Below, piece by piece: positions 34,972 through 42,968 of a stretch of DNA of 64,000 bases. Position 1 is the stretch's first letter, and each line of letters opens with the position of its first letter. A program made the position numbers and the translations under genes. Source of the stretch: Nocardioidaceae bacterium (GTDB lineage Bacteria; Actinomycetota; Actinomycetes; Propionibacteriales; Nocardioidaceae); assembly GCA_035557095.1 (NCBI GenBank), contig DATMEB010000132.1:8938-72937 (forward strand), in the 5' to 3' direction. A model generated the notes under the pieces. The model was given only the letters and a program-made list of their open reading frames with translations, was not told the DNA's origin and searched no databases.

Positions 34972-35611
34972 GGATGCCTCGCGAGGTCGTGAGTCGGGAG
35001 ATCAGGACGAACAGGAGGTCGAGCAGCAGTGCGACGACCGCGACGCCGATGACACCGGTCAGAGTCGAGTTGAGGGCGTTGGCACCGCCGATTCGCGCCA
35101 GGCCCTCGAAAATGAGCTCACCGAGTCCGGGGCCGTTGACCGCGGCGGCGATCGCCGCGATCCCCACGCACATGATCGTGGCGACGCGGACGCCGTTGAG
35201 CAGCACCGGCCAGGCCAGGGGTACACGCACGACAAGCATGCGTCGTCGTACGGACAGGCCCATGCCGCGCGCGGCCTCCTCGACCTCCGCCGGTACCGAC
35301 TCCAGCCCGGTGATGACATTGCGCAGGATCGGGAAGATCGCGTAGAAGGTCAGCGCGCTGATGGTGGGCAGCAGACCGAGACCGAGCAGCGGGATCAGCA
35401 GGCCGAACAGCGCGAACGACGGGATCGTCAGCATCGTGGCGGTGACGGTGAGGACGAGCTGGCGGGGAACTGCTCGGCCGTGCACGAGCACACCGACGAA
35501 GACGGCGACGACCGTGGCCACGGCCACGGCGATCAGCACGATCTGGACATGCTGGAAGATCAGCAGGAGGAGGTCCTGCCAGCGGTACGCGAGGTACTCG
35601 GTGAAGGTCAC
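34964..35611 (-). CDS. ABC transporter permease (OpuCB/OpuCD-like, second)
   Basis: Multi-TM with EAA loop EEAARGMGLSVRRRMLVVRVPLA. 8-nt overlap with the ATPase gene. Confidence 0.85.
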   Translation of the reverse strand: MTFTEYLAYRWQDLLLLIFQHVQIVLIAVAVATVVAVFVGVLVHGRAVPRQLVLTVTATMLTIPSFALFGLLIPLLGLGLLPTISALTFYAIFPILRNVITGLESVPAEVEEAARGMGLSVRRRMLVVRVPLAWPVLLNGVRVATIMCVGIAAIAAAVNGPGLGELIFEGLARIGGANALNSTLTGVIGVAVVALLLDLLFVLISRLTTSRGIRD

Positions 35612-36954
35612 GGTGCCCGACCCAGGTCGGTGAGGGACACCTCGAGGGCCGTGCCGGCGACCGGGGAGCCGGCCTGCAGGACCAGCCAGAACCGTTCGTG
35701 GTCGCCGAGCATCGCGGGTTCCTGCACCGGGTCGCCGTCGAGCACGACGACGTCGGCGAGCTTGCCCGCGGCGATGGAGCCGAGCTCATGCAGGCCGAGG
35801 GCGTGCGCGGCGGCGGACGTCGACGCGACGAGGGCGTCGTGTGCGGGCAGACCGTGCTGGATCATCCGCAGGATCTCGATCCAGGCGCCGCCTCGTCGCA
35901 GCTCCAGGTCGTCGCCCCCGAGGACGAGGGGTGTTCCGGCCGCGTGCGCAGCCTTGAGCGTCTGCGCGGCAGCCTCGATGTTGGTGGCCGCCACGGCGTC
36001 GAGCTCGGGGGTCGAGTAGCGCTCTGTCGGGCCGCTGGTGCCGACCTGCAGGTCGCGACCGGCGAAGACGTACTGGCTGGAGAATGTCGGCACGAGTGCG
36101 ATGTCCTGCTCGGCCATCCGGTCCAGGAGGTCGGTACGCCGGTGCAGGTAGAACCCGTGCTCGATCGTGCGCATGCCCAGCTCGATCGCCACCTCGCAGC
36201 CGTCGAGCCCCTCGGCGTGCGCGACCACGGCGTATCCCATCCGGTTCGCCTCGTCGGTTGCCGCGGCGAGCTCCTCACGGGTCAGCTGGATCGCCATCCC
36301 GTGCGCGGAGTCGTGGGCATCGCGGTTGATTCCCGCCTCGAGCTCGACCGACCGGGCGCCGGTCGCCATCACCTTGATGAAGTCCGCGCCGCGGCGGATC
36401 TGCTCGCGTACGCCCTTGCGGACCTCGTCGACCCCGTCGACGCTGCGGTACATCCCCTCGAAGACGACGTCGCCCGGTGCGGTGCTGGAGATGATCTGGC
36501 CGCAGGTCAGGATGCGGGCGCCGCGGTAGGCGCCGTAGCGCATCGCCTGCCGGTTCTCCATCACCTGGTCGCCGTAGGTGCCCATGTCGCGGACGGTGGT
36601 CACGCCGTACCGCAGGAACTCTCGCAGGCTGGCGCCGAGAGCATGGCTGAGCGTCCCCGGCAGCACCGGCTGGACGCCGAACCCCAGGTCCGGGACGGCG
36701 CCGACACCGTGCAGATGGCCGTTGATGATGCCGGGCATGAGGGTCCTGCCGGCGAGGTCGACGGTGATGGCGGCGTCCGGTGCGCCGTCGCCGCTGTCGG
36801 CGACGCGCACGATCCTGCCGTCCTCGATGAGCACGCCGGCGCGGTCGCGGAGTGGCGCGCGCGTGCCGTCGAACAGCCGCGCGTTCGTCAGCCACAGCGG
36901 CCGCTCCGGCCGGTGAGGGCCGGCGAACAGCAGCGCCGGAACCTGGACTTCCAC
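35608..36954 (-). CDS. Amidohydrolase-superfamily metal-dependent hydrolase (COG1228-like), first gene of the Opu-type operon
   Basis: RTLMPGIINGHLHG, IKVMATG, AHAEG, TIEHG and GGDD motifs. Start chosen at GTG 36954, 6 nt after GGAGGAG. 4-nt overlap with the permease gene. Confidence 0.8.
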   Translation of the reverse strand: MEVQVPALLFAGPHRPERPLWLTNARLFDGTRAPLRDRAGVLIEDGRIVRVADSGDGAPDAAITVDLAGRTLMPGIINGHLHGVGAVPDLGFGVQPVLPGTLSHALGASLREFLRYGVTTVRDMGTYGDQVMENRQAMRYGAYRGARILTCGQIISSTAPGDVVFEGMYRSVDGVDEVRKGVREQIRRGADFIKVMATGARSVELEAGINRDAHDSAHGMAIQLTREELAAATDEANRMGYAVVAHAEGLDGCEVAIELGMRTIEHGFYLHRRTDLLDRMAEQDIALVPTFSSQYVFAGRDLQVGTSGPTERYSTPELDAVAATNIEAAAQTLKAAHAAGTPLVLGGDDLELRRGGAWIEILRMIQHGLPAHDALVASTSAAAHALGLHELGSIAAGKLADVVVLDGDPVQEPAMLGDHERFWLVLQAGSPVAGTALEVSLTDLGRAP

Positions 36955-37036
36955 CGTCGACTCCTCCGGCCGGTTCCACGGGTCCCAGGGCGGGCGGGGG
37001 CCGCCCCGAGTGGCCCAGTACACCACAGACCGCTAT

Positions 37037-37042
37037 GTATAC
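37037..37042. promoter_or_regulatory. GTATAC core palindrome in a divergent promoter region (possible GntR half-box)
   Basis: CGCTATGTATACGAAC lies within the 114-nt AT-richer gap between 36954 and 37069. Only a 6-bp palindrome, so the evidence is weak. Confidence 0.2.
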
Positions 37043-37068
37043 GAACCCCTCGTTGGTACTCTCTGGCC

Positions 37069-38748
37069 ATGGATCGGCGAGCGGACCCGGTGAAGGGCCT
37101 GCTCGCGCCACCGCCGGACGGCACCGCCACCCGTCGTCCGTACGCTCCGGTCCCGAGCGACGCCCGGCCCTATGCCGTGCGCATGCGCGACGGCGTCCGC
37201 CTGGCGACCGACGTCTACCTGCCCCCTCGCGGCCGCCGGTGGCCGGTGCTGCTCTCGCGGCTGCCGTACGACAAGGCCGGCGTCGAGTGCTTCATGCCCG
37301 ACATCGCGCGCTGGTTCACCGAGCGTGGCTACGCCGTGGTCGTGCAGGACGTCCGCGGCAAGGTCCGGTCGGGCGGGGAGCTCGCGCCGTTTCGCAGCGA
37401 GGTCGTGGACGGCTACGACACGATCGAATGGATCACCGAGCAGACCTGGTGTGGGGGAGCCGTCGGCATGTTCGGTGACTCCTACTTCGGCTGGACCCAG
37501 TGGGCCGCCGCGGCCTCGCAGCATCCTGCCCTGCGCGCGATCACGCCCCGCGTGATCTCCGCGGACATCGGTGACATCACCTCCCGGCAGGGCCTGTTCG
37601 CGCTCGAGGTGACCGCCCTGTGGGCGCTGGAGACCTGGGTCGACGAGGCGCTCTACGACTACGAGGACGGGCTCGACTGGGGCATCCGGCCGTTGTCGGA
37701 GGTCGTGCCGACCGCGCTGGGCGGGCGCAGGTCGGCGTTCCTCGACGACGTGGCGTCGGGCGGCCCTCCCGAGGTGGGCCGGGTGCCGGTCCGGGGTGAC
37801 GTTCCCGCGCTGCACGTGGGCGGCTGGTGGGACATCGTGCAACGCGGTCAGGTCGCGACCTGGGGCGAGGCCCGTGCGCGGTGGCGGGCGCCGCAGTTCC
37901 TCGTCATGGATGCGACCGACCACGGGTGGACGCATCTGCGCGAGCCTGGGCAGCGCTATGTCGACCCCCGCACGGACGAGGCGACCATGGGGCGCTTCCT
38001 CGATCACTACCTGGGCGCGATCGCCCCCTTCCTGGCCCACTTCGTCGCCGGTGAGGGGTCGTACGACGCACCGCCGGTGCGGTGGATGCTGGCCCATGAC
38101 TCGTGGCGCGAAAGCGCCACCTGGCCGCCGGAGAACAGCGCGCCGGTGGACTGGTTCCTGCACGGGCACGACGATCCGCGTCGCGGAGCGCTCACGTGTG
38201 CCGCGGACTCGGCCGAGCGCGTGGTGTCGTGGACGCACGACCCGCTGGACCCCGTGCCCAGCCTCGCGCACGCCTACCACCCGCTGATCGAACCCGCCGA
38301 CGACACCGTTTCAGGTCATCGTGACGACATCCTGGTCTACGAGACCGAACCCTTGCGTGAGCCACTCGACCTCGCCGGTCCCGCGAGCCTGACGATGACC
38401 GTCACGTCCGGTGCCGAGTCGACCCACCTGATGGCGTCTGTCAGCGACCTGTCACCGGACGGGTCGGCGCTGCGGGTTCTCGACGGCGCCGTACATGTCG
38501 GCGGACCGTGGCCTCGCGAGGTCACCGTCGACCTCGGCAGCACCGGCTACCAGATGCGACCGGGGCATCGTCTCCGGCTCGCGCTCAGCTCCTCGGAGTT
38601 CCCGCGCTATCTCCTGCACCCGGGTACGACAGCCGATCCGTGGACCTCCCGAGAGTTCCGCCTTACCGAGCAGCAGACCATTCTCGGAGGGGCCCGAGCC
38701 GCTCGGCTGCGGTGCTTCGCCCTCCGGACCAGGGGAGGGCGCGCATGA
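37069..38748 (+). CDS. CocE/NonD-family hydrolase (peptidase S15, X-Pro dipeptidyl-peptidase-like), cytoplasmic
   Basis: MRDGVRLATDVYLP...PVLLSRLPYDK, VVVQDVRGKVRSGG, and nucleophile elbow GMFGDSYFG. Real start ATG 37069 within track ORF 35698..38748. Confidence 0.85.
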   Translation: MDRRADPVKGLLAPPPDGTATRRPYAPVPSDARPYAVRMRDGVRLATDVYLPPRGRRWPVLLSRLPYDKAGVECFMPDIARWFTERGYAVVVQDVRGKVRSGGELAPFRSEVVDGYDTIEWITEQTWCGGAVGMFGDSYFGWTQWAAAASQHPALRAITPRVISADIGDITSRQGLFALEVTALWALETWVDEALYDYEDGLDWGIRPLSEVVPTALGGRRSAFLDDVASGGPPEVGRVPVRGDVPALHVGGWWDIVQRGQVATWGEARARWRAPQFLVMDATDHGWTHLREPGQRYVDPRTDEATMGRFLDHYLGAIAPFLAHFVAGEGSYDAPPVRWMLAHDSWRESATWPPENSAPVDWFLHGHDDPRRGALTCAADSAERVVSWTHDPLDPVPSLAHAYHPLIEPADDTVSGHRDDILVYETEPLREPLDLAGPASLTMTVTSGAESTHLMASVSDLSPDGSALRVLDGAVHVGGPWPREVTVDLGSTGYQMRPGHRLRLALSSSEFPRYLLHPGTTADPWTSREFRLTEQQTILGGARAARLRCFALRTRGGRA

Positions 38749-39401
38749 AGGGGTTCCGTCCACGACCGGCGGTCCAGGGCACGGACAAGACACTGACGAG
38801 CAAGCGTGTCTACGACGAGCTCCGCCGTGCCATCGCACACGGCGAGCTGGCCGGCGGTACCAGCCTGGGGGAGACCCAGGTGGGTGCCGAGCTCGGCGTA
38901 TCCCGCACTCCGGTCCGCGAGGCGTTCGCCGAGCTGCTGAACCAAGGCCTGCTCCAGGAGGGCTCGCGTCGCCAGGTGGTCATCGCCGACCCGTCGCCCG
39001 AGATGGTCGACGAGGTGCTCCTGATGCGCGACGCGCTGGAACCCGTGCTCGCGCGGCAGGCGGCCAAGGTCATGGACGTCTCCGACGTCGACCAGCTACG
39101 GCTGATCATGATCCGTGCCCGCCGCGCGATCGAGGCTCGGGACGTCAACGCCTACCTCGACTGCGACGAGGACTTCCACCTGCACATCCCGCACGCCGCG
39201 GGACTTCTGCTGGCCGAGGACGCGCTTCGGCGGCTCCGTGGACTCACGCGGCTCGCGGTACGAGGGCGCGGCTGGGACGACGAGCTGTTCGCGAGGATCG
39301 CCGACGAGCACGAGGCCGTCATCGACGCTCTGGCGAGCAACGACGGTGACCACGCGGCGGAGGCGATGGCGGCCCACCTCCTCGCCTCGACGCCGTACTG
39401 A
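38745..39401 (+). CDS. GntR-family regulator, FadR subfamily
   Basis: GETQVGAELGVSRTPVREAFAELLNQGLL wHTH plus an FCD-like domain. ATGA overlap at 38745-38748. Confidence 0.85.
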   Translation: MKGFRPRPAVQGTDKTLTSKRVYDELRRAIAHGELAGGTSLGETQVGAELGVSRTPVREAFAELLNQGLLQEGSRRQVVIADPSPEMVDEVLLMRDALEPVLARQAAKVMDVSDVDQLRLIMIRARRAIEARDVNAYLDCDEDFHLHIPHAAGLLLAEDALRRLRGLTRLAVRGRGWDDELFARIADEHEAVIDALASNDGDHAAEAMAAHLLASTPY

Positions 39402-39455
39402 GACAGCAGCGGCGGCCTCGGGGATTCTTTACGTTGGCTTGCGCGAAGGCCCTGA

Positions 39456-39478
39456 ATGCACACAATCCGTGTGTGCAT
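39456..39478. promoter_or_regulatory. Inverted repeat ATGCACACA-atccg-TGTGTGCAT
   Basis: Perfect 9-bp arms read directly from the sequence, ending 10 nt upstream of the ATG at 39488. Function (operator or RNA hairpin) unknown. Confidence 0.35.
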
Positions 39479-39487
39479 GATTGCGTC

Positions 39488-39697
39488 ATGCAACAGGCTC
39501 GGCTGGTGCGAAGCAGCTGGAGGTGCCCCCACTGCGGTGGGGTGCTGGCGGTTCGCCAGGTGGTGGTCGCGATGGATCGGCGCGGTCGGCCACGCTGGGC
39601 CGATGACCGGCCGTTCTGCACCCACGGCTGCGCTGTGTCGCCCGCGTCGGCCAACAAGGCTCCGCGCAGGTCGACGGCCGGCCCCTTCGTTCGATGA
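39488..39697 (+). CDS. Hypothetical 69-aa Cys-rich (zinc-ribbon-like) protein
   Basis: MQQARLVRSSWRCPHCGGVLAVRQ...RPFCTHGCAV has a CxxC...CxxxC arrangement. By hand count, about four in five codons end in G/C. Lies in an otherwise unassigned 320-nt gap. No family recognised. Confidence 0.3.
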   Translation: MQQARLVRSSWRCPHCGGVLAVRQVVVAMDRRGRPRWADDRPFCTHGCAVSPASANKAPRRSTAGPFVR

Positions 39698-39723
39698 CCT
39701 TTGCGCGGTAGCAGCTCCGGCAG

Positions 39724-40590
39724 CTAGTCGGTGCGGTCGAACAGGGCCGTGGCGGCCACCAGGAGCGCCAGCGTCACCACCACGACCACGCCCAGCTGCA
39801 CCGGTATCGGCACGTCCCAGCCGAACCACGTGATGGCGGGGTCCAGTCGCGCCCGCACCGCAGCGGGCACCGCGAGCTGGTCGAACACGGCGGAGCGCAT
39901 CGGCTGGACGGCGTAGGTCAGCGGGTTGAGCTTGGTGGCCACCGCGAGCCACCCGGGCAGGTTGGCCAGCGGGAACAGCGCCCCCGACAGGAACATCATC
40001 GGCATGATGATCAGCTGCGACAGCGGCATCGCCGCCTGGATCTGCTTGACCCGCACCGACATCAGCACGCCCATGGAGGTCAGCATCAGCGCACCCAGGA
40101 ACAGGCAGAGCAAGAACATCGCGAACAGCGGGACCGAGTACGGCACGCCGACCACGCCGGCGAGCAGGAGCAGTACCACGCTCTGCAGCGTCGCCGCTGT
40201 CGCGCCGCCGAGGCACTTGCCGACCAGGATCGCGGTGGTGCTGACGGGGGCCACGAGCATCTCCCGAAGGAACCCGAACTCGCGGTCCCAGACCAGGGAT
40301 ATGCCGGAGAACGCGGCCGTGAACAGCACCGACATCGCCAGCACGCCCGGGTAGAGGAAGGTGCGGAAGTCGAAGGCCCCGCCGGTGTCGACGACACTGG
40401 ACAGCCCGGTGCCCATCACGAACAGGAACAGCAGCGGCTGCAGCAGCATCGCGAACATCCGTGCCCGGTCACGCCCGAAGCGGATCATCTCGCGGCGCCA
40501 GACCATGCTCGTCGCGCGAAGCTCGTGGCGCAGTCCCGCAGGGGCGAGCGTGACCGCGGGTGGCGCCATCGTGGGGTTGGTCGTGGTCAT
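39724..40590 (-). CDS. ABC-2 type exporter permease (DrrB-like)
   Basis: Six hydrophobic segments with ABC-2 organisation. 4-nt overlap with the ATPase gene. Confidence 0.8.
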   Translation of the reverse strand: MTTTNPTMAPPAVTLAPAGLRHELRATSMVWRREMIRFGRDRARMFAMLLQPLLFLFVMGTGLSSVVDTGGAFDFRTFLYPGVLAMSVLFTAAFSGISLVWDREFGFLREMLVAPVSTTAILVGKCLGGATAATLQSVVLLLLAGVVGVPYSVPLFAMFLLCLFLGALMLTSMGVLMSVRVKQIQAAMPLSQLIIMPMMFLSGALFPLANLPGWLAVATKLNPLTYAVQPMRSAVFDQLAVPAAVRARLDPAITWFGWDVPIPVQLGVVVVVTLALLVAATALFDRTD

Positions 40591-41555
40591 CGGTTCATCA
40601 CTCTCATGAACGCCGCCGACACGCCGGCACGGGCCTCGGCGTCGCGGATCGTGGTGCCGGTATAGGTCATGAAGACGTCGTCGAGGCTGGGCCGGGTCAC
40701 GGTGACCATCTCGATCGCGACGTCGAGCTTGCTGAACAGGCGCGGTACGAACTGGGCTCCACCCGGGACCGCGAACGTGACCGCCCCCTCGTGCATCGCG
40801 GCCTCGATGCCGAAGGTCCGTTGGAGCGCGGCGATCGCTGCCTCGTCGTCGGAGGTACGGATCTGCACCCGGTCCGCGCCGATCCCGCTCTTGAGCGCCT
40901 CTGGGGTGTCGATGACCGCGATCTGGCCCTCGTTCATGATCGCGATCCGGTCGCAGTGCTCGGCCTCGTCCATGTAGTGCGTCGTGACGAAGACCGTGAT
41001 CCGCTCACGCCGGCGCAGCTCACCGATGTACTCCCAGATCGAGGCCCTCGTCTGCGGGTCGAGGCCGATGGTCGGCTCGTCGAGGAACAGCACGTGCGGA
41101 GAGTGCAGCAGGCCACGGGCGATCTCCAGCCTGCGGCGCATGCCACCGGAGAACGTCTGCACCAGGTCGCCGCGGCGCTCCTCGAGCCCGACCATGGTCA
41201 GCACCTCGTCCATCCGGCTGCGCAGCTGCGCCCGGGGCACGCCGTACAGCTCGCCGTGGAATCGGAGGTTCTGGTCGGCGGTGAGGTAGCCGTCCAGGGT
41301 CGGCTCCTGGAACACCAGCCCGATGTTGCGCCGGACCTCGGTGCGCTCGGTGCGCACGTCGTGCCCGGCGACCTCCGCCTCGCCCGACGTGGGCTCGGCG
41401 AGCGTGCACAAGATGTTGATCGTGGTCGACTTGCCCGCGCCGTTGGGACCCAGGAAGCCGAACACCTCACCCTCGTGGACCTCGAAGTCGATGCCCCGCA
41501 CCGCCTCGATCTCGCCGTACCGCTTGGTCAGTCCCCTGACCTCGACCGCCACCAT
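40587..41555 (-). CDS. ABC exporter ATP-binding protein (DrrA-like)
   Basis: GPNGAGKSTT, FSGGMRRRLEIARGL, LFLDEPTIGLD and TTHYMDEAE. Confidence 0.9.
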   Translation of the reverse strand: MVAVEVRGLTKRYGEIEAVRGIDFEVHEGEVFGFLGPNGAGKSTTINILCTLAEPTSGEAEVAGHDVRTERTEVRRNIGLVFQEPTLDGYLTADQNLRFHGELYGVPRAQLRSRMDEVLTMVGLEERRGDLVQTFSGGMRRRLEIARGLLHSPHVLFLDEPTIGLDPQTRASIWEYIGELRRRERITVFVTTHYMDEAEHCDRIAIMNEGQIAVIDTPEALKSGIGADRVQIRTSDDEAAIAALQRTFGIEAAMHEGAVTFAVPGGAQFVPRLFSKLDVAIEMVTVTRPSLDDVFMTYTGTTIRDAEARAGVSAAFMRVMNR

Positions 41556-41587
41556 CGCCCCACCCTCTCGCTTCGCCCCGAGGCTTC

Positions 41588-41602
41588 TCTAACGCCGTTA
41601 GA
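41588..41602. promoter_or_regulatory. Perfect palindrome TCTAACG-C-CGTTAGA; TetR operator candidate 1
   Basis: Read directly from the sequence, in the 80-nt divergent gap between the exporter operon and tetR. Confidence 0.55.
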
Positions 41603-41609
41603 CCAGTAG

Positions 41610-41628
41610 ACTCTAACACTGTTAGAGT
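41610..41628. promoter_or_regulatory. Perfect 19-bp palindrome ACTCTAACA-C-TGTTAGAGT; TetR operator candidate 2
   Basis: Shares the TCTAAC/GTTAGA half-site with operator 1. Ends 8 nt upstream of ATG 41636. Confidence 0.55.
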
Positions 41629-41635
41629 GTCAAGC

Positions 41636-42304
41636 ATGGCCCTGTCCCAGCACGACATCGTCAGCACGGCGATCGCGCTGCTGCGCGCACAGGGCCTGAA
41701 GGGCGTCACGTTCCGCAAGATCGCGCACGAGCTGGGCGTCAGCGCGCCGACGCTGTACTGGCACGTGGACAGCAAGCGGGCGCTGCTCGACCTGGTGGCC
41801 GAGGAGCTGGTGCGTGAGCAGCGGGCCGACCTCATGGACGAGCCGGCTCCCGGGGAGCCCTGGTGGGAGTGGCTGGAGGCCAGGTCCCAGGCGGTGTTCG
41901 ACGCCCTGGTCCAGACCCGCGACGCACCTGCGGTCCTGGCCGGCAACCGGCCGAGCGAAGAGTCGCTGCCCGGGGTGGAGAAGGTGCTCCAGACGCTGGT
42001 GACCATCGGCATCCCCCCGGCCGACGCGCAGCAGGCCCTGTTCGCGATCGGCGCCTACGTCATCGGCTCTGCCACCGAGTGGCAGGCCGAGGCCTCGCGC
42101 GCGGCGGACCACCCCGCCGGCGACGCACGCCTGGCCACCATCCTGCGTACCGGCGACTACCCGTACCTGACCGCGGCGGTCACCGGGATGCTCGAACAGC
42201 CGCACCGCGCGACGTTCGAGTTCGGCCTGCGGCTGATCATCGACGCACTGCGGGTGCGCTATGCCCCCGAGTCCCTCGACGCGGTCCGGTCGGTCGAGGC
42301 GTGA
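41636..42304 (+). CDS. TetR-family transcriptional regulator
   Basis: VTFRKIAHELGVSAPTLYWHVDSKRALL is the TetR HTH. The C-terminal helical domain resembles the TetR(D)-type. ATG 41636 preferred over the track's GTG 41627. Confidence 0.85.
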   Translation: MALSQHDIVSTAIALLRAQGLKGVTFRKIAHELGVSAPTLYWHVDSKRALLDLVAEELVREQRADLMDEPAPGEPWWEWLEARSQAVFDALVQTRDAPAVLAGNRPSEESLPGVEKVLQTLVTIGIPPADAQQALFAIGAYVIGSATEWQAEASRAADHPAGDARLATILRTGDYPYLTAAVTGMLEQPHRATFEFGLRLIIDALRVRYAPESLDAVRSVEA

Positions 42305-42405
42305 TCGGGCGGATGACTCTGGTCGTCGGGGAGGTCCGAGACCGATTGATTCCGTCATCCTCGCCGGTCTAGGTTGTGACCGATTCGACTGACAGGGGGC
42401 AGGGG

Positions 42406-42945
42406 ATGGGCAAGATCGTCAGCAACTTCTTCATCTCACTCGACGGTGTCGTCGAGGCGCCGGACCAGTGGCACTTCGAGTGGTTCGACGACGAGATGGG
42501 CGGAATCATCGGCGGGGGCTTCTCCACCACCTCGGCGATGCTCATGGGGCGCCGGTTGTACAGCGAATGGTCGGAGTACTGGCCGGCGCACGCCGACGAC
42601 GACTTCGGCAAGATCCTCAACGAGCTGCCCAAGTACGTCGTCACCGACAGCCTCTCCGAGGCCACCTGGCAGAACACCACGCTGGTGCCCGGCCAGGGTG
42701 CCGCCGAGCGGCTGCGGCAGGTCAAGGCCGAGACCGACGGAGACATCTCGATGTCCGGGTGCGCCACCACCGTGCGGTGGCTGCTGCGCGAGGGCCTGCT
42801 CGACGAGCTCCGGCTGCTCATCCACCCGGTGGCCGTCGGGAAGGGACAGCGGCTGTTCGAGGACACTGAGCTCACAAAGCTGCGGCTCGTCGACGAGCGG
42901 ACACTCGGCAGCGGCGTTCTGTACGTCGCGTACGCACCGGCCTGA
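42406..42945 (+). CDS. Dihydrofolate reductase-like (RibD C-terminal domain) family protein
   Basis: MGKIVSNFFISLDGVVE...MLMGRRLY...LRLLIHPVAVGKGQRLF is a typical YyaP/RibD_C pattern. Start at ATG 42406. Confidence 0.75.
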   Translation: MGKIVSNFFISLDGVVEAPDQWHFEWFDDEMGGIIGGGFSTTSAMLMGRRLYSEWSEYWPAHADDDFGKILNELPKYVVTDSLSEATWQNTTLVPGQGAAERLRQVKAETDGDISMSGCATTVRWLLREGLLDELRLLIHPVAVGKGQRLFEDTELTKLRLVDERTLGSGVLYVAYAPA

Positions 42946-42968
42946 GTCGAGCGGCGCAGCGACCAGGA

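Noticed and set aside
35698-37068. N-terminal 457 aa of the 1016-aa plus-strand ORF 35698..38748
   Set aside because: This part is antisense to the amidohydrolase gene (35608-36954) and has no recognisable motifs. Real CocE/NonD homology begins at ATG 37069.
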